A DNA stretch of 32,000 nucleotides from an archaeon (GTDB lineage: Archaea > Iainarchaeota > Iainarchaeia > Iainarchaeales > CSSED10-239): assembly GCA_041657425.1 (NCBI GenBank), contig JBBABY010000002.1, forward strand, positions 60,001 to 92,000, in the 5' to 3' direction. Shown piece after piece: positions 24,677 through 32,000 of the stretch. Below the pieces are notes generated by a model. The model saw only the letters and a list, made by a program, of their open reading frames with translations. It was not told where the DNA came from and made no database searches. The translations under genes were made by a program, and so were the position numbers. Within the stretch, counting starts at the first letter, position 1. Every line of letters starts with the position of its first letter.

Positions 24677-24820
24677 TTATCTAAATCCTTTAAATCTATA
24701 ATCTTTTACTTTGGGTGCTTCGTTATTACATTTAAGACAAATCTCTTCTCCTGTTTCTTCATCTATTCTATGTCTAGTTACGTTTTTACAACATTGGCAC
24801 ATCTTTGTTTCGTATTTCAT
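24677..24820 (-). CDS. small zinc-ribbon protein (47 aa), hypothetical
   Basis: Not in the track because it is under the length cutoff. ATG...TAA frame MKYETKMCQCCKNVTRHRIDEETGEEICLKCNNEAPKVKDYRFKGFR with CxCC-x17-CxxC. Partial SD (GTGAT) about 7 nt upstream. Confidence 0.45.
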   Translation of the reverse strand: MKYETKMCQCCKNVTRHRIDEETGEEICLKCNNEAPKVKDYRFKGFR

Positions 24821-25046
24821 AGTGTATCACAATTTATCTATTAAATTAATGAATTCCTAAGCATTATAGTTTTGGAATATATTAATTTATATATATCTAT
24901 GAAAAGAAAGGTTTAAAATCAAATTTTTTTAGTAGTTTTAAAGAAAATTAAAAATATAGTCTGATGAAAAGAGAATTAATAAAAAATTAAAAAGAGAATA
25001 AAAATAAAAAAAATTATTAGAATAATAAATCTATATTAGTAAAGAT

Positions 25047-25121
25047 TTACTTCTTCTTTGTTTTTTTTGCTGGAGCCTTTTTTGCTGGAGCCTTTTTTGC
25101 TACCTTCTTTTTTGCAACCAT
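25047..25121 (-). CDS. tiny Lys/Ala/Pro-rich ORF (24 aa, MVAKKKVAKKAPAKKAPAKKTKKK), speculative
   Basis: The ATG is preceded by GGGGTGA at SD distance (8 nt), the same SD as rpl10e and the CARDB gene. It contains a 15-nt tandem repeat (25069-25083 and 25084-25098). A TATA-like TTTATATATA lies about 85 nt upstream. Conflicts with the 72-aa track ORF in another frame. Confidence 0.25.
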   Translation of the reverse strand: MVAKKKVAKKAPAKKAPAKKTKKK

Positions 25122-25381
25122 GTTTTCTTTCACCCCTTTTTCTAACTTTTCCTTCCCCTTTTTGGAAAAATATTATATTATAATTATAGTACAATGTATA
25201 TATAAAGCTTTTTGTTAAATTATTTATGAAAATATTTTCATGTGTCTCTTGCAATAAATGAAATAAAATACATGTTTGGAGCTAGTGAATTTAATTGGTT
25301 TTACAGACAATCAAAAAACATATGAAAAATAACGCACATATATAAATTTAAATAAAAATATAAAAAAGTATTACACGACAG

Positions 25382-25424
25382 AAAAAATTCAAAAAAAGAA
25401 AGACGAAATTTTATTTTTCGTCTT
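25382..25424 (-). terminator. hairpin plus T-tract terminator at the 3' end of ndk
   Basis: 9-bp stem AAGACGAAA / TTTCGTCTT (25400-25408 and 25416-25424) with a 7-nt loop spanning the ndk stop codon. On the minus strand it is followed by TCTTTTTTTGAATTTTTT. Confidence 0.4.
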
Positions 25425-25872
25425 CAGCATAGATATAATTTAAATCGATTTTTTCATAATCAAACAACTCATCATCTTTAAAAAATCTTGCAATTTCTAT
25501 ATCTGCAGAGACCAAAGAATCAGAAGCATGAATAATATTACATTGTCCACTTAAAGAATAATCTCCTCTTATTGTTCCAGAAGATGCTTCGTATCCTCTT
25601 GTAACACCAACTAAGTTTCTAACAACGCTTATGACATTATTCCCTTCAAGGACACACAATATTGATGGAGCACTTTTCATAAATTTCTTTATTCTGCCAA
25701 AAAATGGTTTATCTTTTAAATGGGAATAATGTTCGTCTAAAATATCATCATTCAAATGAGTCATCTTCATTCCAACTACCTTTAATCCCTTCCTCTCAAA
25801 TACATGTAAAATTTCTCCAACAAGTGCTCTATTAAGTGCATCTGGTTTAAAAATTATTAATGTTCTTTCCAT
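25411..25872 (-). CDS. ndk: nucleoside diphosphate kinase
   Basis: MERTLIIFKPDA..., active-site His in NIIHASDS, GTIRGDY. 153 aa. Confidence 0.9.
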   Translation of the reverse strand: MERTLIIFKPDALNRALVGEILHVFERKGLKVVGMKMTHLNDDILDEHYSHLKDKPFFGRIKKFMKSAPSILCVLEGNNVISVVRNLVGVTRGYEASSGTIRGDYSLSGQCNIIHASDSLVSADIEIARFFKDDELFDYEKIDLNYIYAEDEK

Positions 25873-25930
25873 TTCTTCTCACGTCTCCTTTAAATTGTTC
25901 TTTATTTTTATTTTAATTTATTTGTTTAAT

Positions 25931-27124
25931 CTAATGTTTCTTCTCTAAAATGTAAATCTTTCTATTAATCATTGATCCACTTGGTGTAGAATAACTAATT
26001 GGATTTCTAAGTTCCATATTTGCATCAATCTTAGACACATCAACAACTTCAAAACCACTTCTCTCATAAACTGCCCTGTTTACAGGAATTACTTTGTTAT
26101 CAAATGTCTTAAACTCTGGTAAGATACAAACAACTCTTGCTTTATATGGAAGAAGTCTAGAAAGATTACTAAAAACTCCAAAATAAACATCATTAAGTTC
26201 TTTAACAATATTTCTAGCTTTATCCAAAGTAATTGCTTTCTTTAAGAAAGGACCCATATACGGTTCAAATACTGCGGCATCTGCAATAAACTTTGTTTCC
26301 GCAGAACTTCCTCTTATTATCTTATGAGTTTTCTTTAATTTAAATTCCTTAATTGCCCAAGAAACATTCTTGTTACTAGAATCAACCATTTGCTCATCAA
26401 CATCAATACCAACAACATTATATCCTTTTATCATTCCTTCAATTAAGAAAGTTCCTGTGCCACAGAAAGGATCTATTATTGTTTTACCTTTATCTAAACC
26501 TAAAAGATCAATCATAATTGAAACCATTCTAAAAGAAGTATTATATTTTTCTTTTATTGATGGTCTATTCTTATCTTTAAACACATTATCCTTAGGATTA
26601 AAACAAGAAATAGTTCTTGCAAAATAATACTTATTATTACTTTTTACTACAAAAACTTCTAAACCATTCTCAATTCTCCAAGAATAATAATTATCTGGAT
26701 TAGCAATATAATTCTTTGTTTCTTTTGATCTTTTCTCTGAGTGGCCAACTGGCTTTTTATAAACGGCCTTTACTTTTTCTTCTTTAAAACATTGTTTTAA
26801 TAATTGTTCAATACTATCTAATTCTGATACCTCAATATCAATACTTGAGATAGTGTAATTAAACTTTTTTGGGGAATCAAAATTTAGTTTATCAATTACT
26901 TCTCTTGTTATTTTCTGAGAAGATAAATAAATTTTACAAACTCTTACAAGTCCACCTAGTTCTTTAGTTAAATTTACTAATTCAGTTTCCTTCTTATCTA
27001 AATCCAAAATTAAAAACTTATCAGAATTAGCAATAATAGAATAAGCTATTTTGTTTTTCTGCAAATAAATTGCAATTTCAAGTTTTGAAAGATCTTTGTC
27101 TCTTCCAAGTAAGAATAGGTACAT
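25931..27124 (-). CDS. THUMP-like/Trm11-type SAM-dependent RNA (tRNA guanine-N2) methyltransferase
   Basis: N-terminal MYLFLLGRDKDLSKLEI resembles Trm11/TrmG10 N-termini. SAM motif I IIDPFCGTGTFLIEG. Acidic motif II VGIDVD. Motif IV is divergent (VFEPYMG rather than DPPYG). Confidence 0.6.
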   Translation of the reverse strand: MYLFLLGRDKDLSKLEIAIYLQKNKIAYSIIANSDKFLILDLDKKETELVNLTKELGGLVRVCKIYLSSQKITREVIDKLNFDSPKKFNYTISSIDIEVSELDSIEQLLKQCFKEEKVKAVYKKPVGHSEKRSKETKNYIANPDNYYSWRIENGLEVFVVKSNNKYYFARTISCFNPKDNVFKDKNRPSIKEKYNTSFRMVSIMIDLLGLDKGKTIIDPFCGTGTFLIEGMIKGYNVVGIDVDEQMVDSSNKNVSWAIKEFKLKKTHKIIRGSSAETKFIADAAVFEPYMGPFLKKAITLDKARNIVKELNDVYFGVFSNLSRLLPYKARVVCILPEFKTFDNKVIPVNRAVYERSGFEVVDVSKIDANMELRNPISYSTPSGSMINRKIYILEKKH

Positions 27125-27194
27125 GTTTTCTCATTTAAACTAATTTTAAAAATAAAATATAAAAGAAAAGAGGAAAGAGAATAAGAAATTAATC

Positions 27195-27959
27195 TTATTT
27201 CTTTTTTGCAGGAGCTGCGCCTTTAGCTGCAGGAGCTGCGCCTTTAGCTGCAGGAGCTGCTGCACCTTTAGCTGCTGGAGCCCCGCCTTTAGCTGGAGCT
27301 GCACCTTTTGCTGCTGGAGCTGCTGCGCCTTTTGCTGCTGCAGCTGCAACTTCTGCTGCTTTAGCATCTGCTTCTTCTTTAATAACCTTTCTTTTCTTTC
27401 TAACTGTTCCTACAGACTTAATATTGCTTACATTCTTTGCAACAACAGTCTTCATTTTTCCAGGCATTTTAGAATCCATTCTTTCGAAAAGATCTTTTAC
27501 AAACTTAACATTTGCTTCATCAACTAAAACACTATAAATTTTTTGACTTGGTCTTACTCTTGAAGCTCTTCCAACAACCTTACCAAAAGGACACTGACTC
27601 ATTCCTGTTTGAATTCTATCTGCGTGTGCACCTTGTGCTTGTTTGTTTTCTCTCAAGAAAAATTGAGGATAAACTCTTACTTTCATGTAATAGTTTGCTG
27701 CAGTTAACTTTTTGTTTAACTGTCTTACAACACTTTGTCTTACTGCTTCAATAGCATTATCTCTTATCTGTACTGCTTCCTTAGTCTCATAATGTACAAC
27801 ATGTGAATATTTTCTATCTCCTATACCCATATGGAACTGTCTAATCTTTAAACCTGGCACTCCACCAATAAAGTTCTTCTTATGTACCTTTACTGCAATT
27901 CTACAGTATGCTCTTTTATTTACATTTTTACAATAACAATGTCCTGGTCTTAATCCCAT
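27195..27959 (-). CDS. rpl10e: 50S ribosomal protein uL16 (L10e) with an approximately 80-aa Ala/Lys/Gly/Pro repeat C-terminal extension
   Basis: MGLRPGHCYCKNVNKRAYCRIA...FIGGVPGLKIRQFHMG...YPQFFLRENK is typical of archaeal L10e. GGTGA SD. The conserved domain ends near residue 175 and is followed by ...AKGAAAPAAKGAAPAKGGAPAAKGAAAPAAKGAAPAAKGAAPAKKK. Confidence 0.9.
   Translation of the reverse strand: MGLRPGHCYCKNVNKRAYCRIAVKVHKKNFIGGVPGLKIRQFHMGIGDRKYSHVVHYETKEAVQIRDNAIEAVRQSVVRQLNKKLTAANYYMKVRVYPQFFLRENKQAQGAHADRIQTGMSQCPFGKVVGRASRVRPSQKIYSVLVDEANVKFVKDLFERMDSKMPGKMKTVVAKNVSNIKSVGTVRKKRKVIKEEADAKAAEVAAAAAKGAAAPAAKGAAPAKGGAPAAKGAAAPAAKGAAPAAKGAAPAKKK
27207..27335. repeat. GC-rich tandem repeat (21-nt unit GCAGGAGCTGCGCCTTTAGCT, about 6 units, two exact) encoding the uL16 tail
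   Basis: Exact copies at 27207-27227 and 27228-27248, followed by 18-24-nt variants. Roughly 60% GC in a genome of about 30% GC. Confidence 0.85.
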
Positions 27960-28436
27960 TTTATTTCACCCTATAAGATTTTATTAAAAATAGATAAATT
28001 TGTCGAAATATTATCTGTATTATATAAATATATTTATATAGAAACATATTTAAATAAAACATTTCGAGTAAACAAAATAAAAAAAGCAATAAAAAGAAAG
28101 AAGAGCTCAAAAACTGGGCCCCTTCTCCTTTAAATTCTTACATTTCTTTTGGGGAAAGAAAAGCTTTTTGGGGTGAGTTACCTCAAAAATATAATTTTTG
28201 AAAGAAGAAAAGAACAGGGACCTGTTCTGGTAAACAGTATGTTTCTCATCTTCCTCTTTTCTGCCTTGTATTTTATTCTTTGTGGTTTTCTGGTAATAGA
28301 TTAACCGTATATCTTATAGTTATAAAATCTTTATATATACTTACTAGTATAATTTCCTAACTAAAAAGAGAAATTGTATTTGATTTCTTAAATATACATA
28401 AGAAAATGATTGATTTTGGATAGTTTTTAGATGTTT

Positions 28437-28787
28437 TTACCAATTAAATCTATTTCCAACAGAATACAATTTTTGATTACATTTCATTGGTAATTCAATA
28501 ACATACCTGCATTTCGACTTAGGTGTAATTGTCTTAAATGGTTTTAATCCAAGTTTAATGTCAACAATTCTCTTTTGGGCATCTAAAAATACAATATTTA
28601 TTGGAAAGAACACAAAATACATGTGTATACTCGCTCCAATTCTAGTCTCTCTTTCAAGATCAAATATAAGACCATAATTGAAGTCTGACTTTCTAGAAAA
28701 CATTAAACCAAGACCTCTAGAAAATATGGTGTCTGCAATCTTGTGATCTTTAATAATAATTTTATTCTTTGTAATATTTTTTATCAT
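28437..28787 (-). CDS. DUF192-family protein
   Basis: KIADTIFSRGLGLMFSRK...GLIFDL...IHMYFVFFPINIVFLD...YVIELP matches the DUF192/COG1430 pattern (A.t...r.rGLM.r, MLF.f, wM.nt.fpLDiiF, yVLE). Confidence 0.7.
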   Translation of the reverse strand: MIKNITKNKIIIKDHKIADTIFSRGLGLMFSRKSDFNYGLIFDLERETRIGASIHMYFVFFPINIVFLDAQKRIVDIKLGLKPFKTITPKSKCRYVIELPMKCNQKLYSVGNRFNW

Positions 28788-28789
28788 AA

Positions 28790-29932
28790 CTATTCCTCAA
28801 AAGAACTTCTATCATCTGAAACAAAATAATAAACCATATATTCCCCATTAACCAATTCTATAGTAAAATCATAGAATGTTGGTTCACTTACAAGAATAGT
28901 ATATGTCTTACAATCCCCTACACAGTCTAGGCCCATAAAATAAGTATTTGTTTTAGTACTATCAGAAATAAATTTTGCACTTATTGTTTTAAGAGCAATT
29001 ACATGTTCTAAACTTATTTTATTTACTTCATTTTTCTGCATATATTCAATACTATCTAATATCACACCTTCTGCATCTGGTTTTGGAACAAATATTTGAA
29101 ATAAAATTACAGTTAGAACAAATAAAGTAAATGCGTATTTAACTAAAGTAATTCCTTTTTCTTTTTTAATAGTATACATTACATATGCGGTAAAAATCCC
29201 TAATAGTAATGCAATATACAACATAAAATTATCAAAGAAAACTCTAGTCATTATTTGCTCGCTTGAAAACCATAAAAAGTTTCTCCCAATAATATGGTCT
29301 ATATATAATAATACAAATACAAATATAAAATAGAAAACAACAGACAGATAAAATAAATTAGAAAAATAAACTTTATTTCTTGTTTCACTTTTAAATATTT
29401 GGATGTCTTTTGATAAATTTACTAAAATTTTATCAAAGCTTACTGCCGATTTCTTTAATACGCTCATGAGTGTTAATGTGTGAGATATCACTGGACTTTG
29501 TATATTTTTATTTACTGCCTCTAATGCTTCTTCAAAACTTTCGCCCCAAGACACTCTATTAGACAATCTTTTAATCTCTAAATTTATACTCCCATAAAAA
29601 TTAAATTCAGACATGTTTGATAATGCTAAAGATAGATTATTTATCCTTTTATGTTCTTTTGACAGATCATATAGAAAATATCCAAATTCAGTTTCTACTG
29701 CTTTTCTTTTTTCGGTTTTTATATAATATTCTATTATAAATCCAAAGGCCCCAACCAATACTCCAAAACAAAATACTAAATAGTAAATATTACTTGCCCC
29801 AAACAAATTATTGGCAATCAATATAATTAACAATCCACAAAATAATCCTGCAAACTCTAGTATTGTATACTCATTATCATAAAAAAAAATATTTATTTTT
29901 TTTATTATTTCTTCTTTTTCTGAATGGTTCAT
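28790..29932 (-). CDS. T2SS-F-domain membrane protein (TadC/FlaJ-like platform subunit) with a C-terminal extracytoplasmic domain
   Basis: TM helices flank a cytoplasmic helical T2SSF-like domain (ETEFGYFLYDLSKEHKRINNLSLALSNMSE...RVSWGESFEEALEAVNKNIQSPVISHTL). Located 2 genes downstream of the FlaI-like ATPase gene. Confidence 0.55.
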   Translation of the reverse strand: MNHSEKEEIIKKINIFFYDNEYTILEFAGLFCGLLIILIANNLFGASNIYYLVFCFGVLVGAFGFIIEYYIKTEKRKAVETEFGYFLYDLSKEHKRINNLSLALSNMSEFNFYGSINLEIKRLSNRVSWGESFEEALEAVNKNIQSPVISHTLTLMSVLKKSAVSFDKILVNLSKDIQIFKSETRNKVYFSNLFYLSVVFYFIFVFVLLYIDHIIGRNFLWFSSEQIMTRVFFDNFMLYIALLLGIFTAYVMYTIKKEKGITLVKYAFTLFVLTVILFQIFVPKPDAEGVILDSIEYMQKNEVNKISLEHVIALKTISAKFISDSTKTNTYFMGLDCVGDCKTYTILVSEPTFYDFTIELVNGEYMVYYFVSDDRSSFEE

Positions 29933-29960
29933 TTTTTTACCTGTTCATAAATTTATTTTG

Positions 29961-30803
29961 TTACTTATTCAATATAAATATAAGTATTAATTCAATAATA
30001 GGAAATATAATTGCAATTATAAATAATATATTTTTTATAGAATCTCTGTAAAATGGCATTAAAAAAACACTAAATATTAAAATAAATATTAAAAAAAATA
30101 AAAATACATTTATTTCAAATAACAGTGTAATTTTATTTCTTTGGTGTTCTTCCTTTTCTTTCCTTATTTGTTCTGTGGATAATAGATAATCATTTATTAC
30201 TACAAAAAGATCTGCTTTTTTATCCAAAACTTCAATTAATTTAGAAAAAAAACTATATTCCTGTTCAGAATAAGTGTTATTACATACGGATTTTAATGTT
30301 TCTTTTAAATTCTTATTAAGATCTGCCAATGATAAGATTTTTTTAGATTCTTCAGTTAACAATTTGTTTTTTTCTATTTTTTGAAGTAATAGTAAAACGT
30401 CTTTAACTGTTAAACTAGGATCTTGTAATACAGATAAATGTTTAACACTTATTTCTAGCTCGTTCTCTAGCTCTTTTTTATTTGCATTTATTACATAATA
30501 TGGATATTTATATAATATCATAAATACAAACCCTGCAAAAGTAAATGATATTATAATGGTTAAAATAAATGTGAAAATTGTAAACAGTATATTTAATTTA
30601 AGCATAACAAATATCATCAAGAATTCTAAAATTATTCCAATAATAAATGATATAAATAAAATATTAGAAAGATATGTTTGTACATCTTCTTCTATTTCTG
30701 TGAACACAAGAATTTTGGTTAATTCTTTAAATCTAGGTACAATTAACTTAGATAATTCTAAAAAGAAAAAACCAGAAATTTTTGAAAATAATTTGCCAAA
30801 CAT
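29961..30803 (-). CDS. T2SS-F-like membrane protein (TadB/FlaJ N-half-like platform subunit)
   Basis: TM helices plus a central helical cytoplasmic segment (ELENELEISVKHLSVLQDPSLTVKDVLLLL...). The call rests mainly on architecture and position directly downstream of the ATPase gene. Confidence 0.45.
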   Translation of the reverse strand: MFGKLFSKISGFFFLELSKLIVPRFKELTKILVFTEIEEDVQTYLSNILFISFIIGIILEFLMIFVMLKLNILFTIFTFILTIIISFTFAGFVFMILYKYPYYVINANKKELENELEISVKHLSVLQDPSLTVKDVLLLLQKIEKNKLLTEESKKILSLADLNKNLKETLKSVCNNTYSEQEYSFFSKLIEVLDKKADLFVVINDYLLSTEQIRKEKEEHQRNKITLLFEINVFLFFLIFILIFSVFLMPFYRDSIKNILFIIAIIFPIIELILIFILNK

Positions 30804-30833
30804 GTCTTTTTAGTATTCTCCATTTTGCTTACA

Positions 30834-32000
30834 TTAATTCTTTTCTTCTTGAATATTTAATTTATTAAATAATTGATCTTTATTTAGATAATAATCATTA
30901 ACTATGTTATTAAAATCATAACTATCTACAATTTCTGAATCAACTAACCAACGTAATAATCGCTTATATTTATTATAATCTACAATATTAAGACTAGAAG
31001 ACACTAAATTAATATGGAATTCGTCATCTTTATTTAAATAAGTAATTACTTTATGCTCACTATTTCTATATATTTCAGTTATACTTGAAAATTGCATTTG
31101 CTCCAAATTATTTGTATTTATTCTTTCTAAATCAATAACTATTAAATTAACACCAACAGTTTTTGCTTTTTCTAAATAATTTTCTAATATTTGTTTATCC
31201 ATATACATTAAATTAATTTCATACCATTTAATCTCAAATAATTCTTCAGTAAAATTATCTAATATTAAATAATCAGGTCTTTGAGAGATTATTTGAGAAA
31301 TAATTGTTTTTCTATTTTGAACAGAATCATCTAACATTAATCTTTTAATCCAATTTCGTTGTGGCAATTTAATATAATCAAAAGATTGGATACTAGTAAT
31401 TTTCTTATCTGGATAAAATTGGGCGAGAGCAGATAATAAAATGGTACTATCTCCTCCAGTAATTACAACTTGATATTCTTGATTCATTATTGCCCAAATA
31501 TAGGCAAATATATCTGTTGTACCTATCCCTAAATTTATTAAATTTACTGGAGTTAATGGGTCTTCCAAATATTTTTTTATAACAAAAGAAGAACCTTTAT
31601 TACTAGTGTCTCCTACAGAATACAACCCTTCAATCCTATATCCATTTGGTAAATTTCCATTTATTATGGGCTTAGATGAATTTACTTGTAATCCCATAGT
31701 TTTTGTTATTGCCAATACAAACAAATTAAGTTTAGATATATTCTCAAATACTAAATTAGTTTGCAATGCTCCGTATTTAAGATGATATACGGTTAATGGA
31801 ATATTTTCCCCAGAACAACTCACTTCTAATACATTTTTATCCTCAAGAACATTTGCTAAAAAACCAAGCCCAGAAAAATCTTGGTTTATAAAATTTAAAT
31901 ATAGCTTTTTTTCTAAATCTGTTAATGTATAAGTTAATTTATTTATGGTTAAATCAAATATCTTTTGAATATAATTATTTATATTCTGTTTATCCCCCTT
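30834..32000 (-). CDS. FlaI/PilB/VirB11-family secretion ATPase homologue with degenerate nucleotide-binding motifs, partial (N-terminus off window)
   Basis: The track start (31823) is a GTG inside a frame that I checked stays open to base 32000 (...GLGFLANVLEDKNVLEVSCSGENIPLTVYHLKYGALQTNLVF...). GSSFVIKKYLEDPLTPVNLI matches the FlaI GSSFTIRKF.EDPLTP block. The P-loop position reads VVITGGDSTILLSAL (no GKT/GKS). The Walker B region reads RPDYLILDNFTEE. Confidence 0.8.
   Translation of the reverse strand, partial: KGDKQNINNYIQKIFDLTINKLTYTLTDLEKKLYLNFINQDFSGLGFLANVLEDKNVLEVSCSGENIPLTVYHLKYGALQTNLVFENISKLNLFVLAITKTMGLQVNSSKPIINGNLPNGYRIEGLYSVGDTSNKGSSFVIKKYLEDPLTPVNLINLGIGTTDIFAYIWAIMNQEYQVVITGGDSTILLSALAQFYPDKKITSIQSFDYIKLPQRNWIKRLMLDDSVQNRKTIISQIISQRPDYLILDNFTEELFEIKWYEINLMYMDKQILENYLEKAKTVGVNLIVIDLERINTNNLEQMQFSSITEIYRNSEHKVITYLNKDDEFHINLVSSSLNIVDYNKYKRLLRWLVDSEIVDSYDFNNIVNDYYLNKDQLFNKLNIQEEKN

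Noticed and set aside
24958-24970. CTGATGA resembling a C/D-box sRNA C box
   Set aside because: There is no D box (CUGA) at an appropriate distance, no terminal stem, and the surrounding sequence is almost pure A/T.
25036-25254. 72-aa ORF from the supplied track
   Set aside because: Its N-terminal two-thirds reads through TATA-like AT-rich sequence (YTLYYNYNIIFF). It has no SD, and its start may not be an ATG. The overlapping 24-aa frame has a canonical GGTGA SD. Neither frame is proven.
27146-27367. 73-aa Gln/Leu-rich ORF (QQQKAQQLQQQK...)
   Set aside because: It is an alternative frame of the GC-rich tandem repeat encoding the uL16 tail. The uL16 frame is continuous with a conserved ribosomal protein domain.
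28240-28305. Tiny ORFs in the rpl10e upstream spacer: a 21-aa hydrophobic ORF (plus strand, MFLIFLFSALYFILCGFLVID) and a 23-aa ORF (minus strand)
   Set aside because: There is no SD at proper spacing, and they are too short to distinguish from chance. The region is reported only as a compositional anomaly.
1-32000. Looked for an integrase, transposase, reverse transcriptase/DGR template-variable repeat pair, rRNA, inteins and stop-codon recoding
   Set aside because: No ORF shows recombinase, RT or transposase motifs. The conserved genes (gltX, tyrS, ndk, rpl10e, ATPases) are uninterrupted under the standard code. I saw no long near-identical repeat pair other than those reported.

Overview
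All calls below come from reading the sequence and recognising motifs; no homology search was run. This is an AT-rich (roughly 30% GC), densely coded archaeal chromosome segment. It is most consistent with a small-genome DPANN-type archaeon. The evidence is an archaeal uL16/L10e, archaeal-type GluRS and TyrRS, a FlaI/PilB-like ATPase with TadB/C-like partners, TATA boxes about 26 nt upstream of tRNA 5' ends, and GGTGA/GGAGA Shine-Dalgarno sites. I support about 40 protein genes and 3 intron-less tRNAs without encoded CCA: Leu-CAA, Ser-GCU and Thr-UGU. I found no rRNA, CRISPR array, integrase, transposase or reverse transcriptase.

Gene content:
- Housekeeping: rpl10e, gltX, tyrS, ndk and a Trm11-like methyltransferase.
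- Transport: a MacB/FtsX-type ABC operon with a CARDB/COG1361 surface protein, a ZIP transporter, a P-type Ca-ATPase and DedA.
- Surface or secreted proteins: a cupredoxin and a C1 peptidase.
- Two toxin-antitoxin-like pairs: DUF3368/UPF0175 and HEPN/MNT.
- An operon of disA (diadenylate cyclase), a processive GT2 synthase and a membrane-anchored protein.

Most noteworthy observations:
1. A 29-nt GC-rich direct repeat sits flush against tRNA-Ser and tRNA-Thr and brackets the 4.8-kb ABC cassette. It would make the tRNA-Ser leader complementary to the tRNA-Thr trailer.
2. A DisA-type c-di-AMP cyclase lies in an apparent operon with a PgaC/cellulose-synthase-like glycosyltransferase.
3. A FlaI/PilB-like ATPase has lost its Walker A and Walker B motifs and sits next to split platform genes.
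4. A SpoT/Mesh1-like HD hydrolase is broken by a homopolymer frameshift.
5. A thioredoxin-fold protein has SGPS in place of CGPC.
6. GC-rich tandem repeats give uL16 an Ala/Lys/Gly/Pro tail, and a nearby tiny ORF has the same composition.
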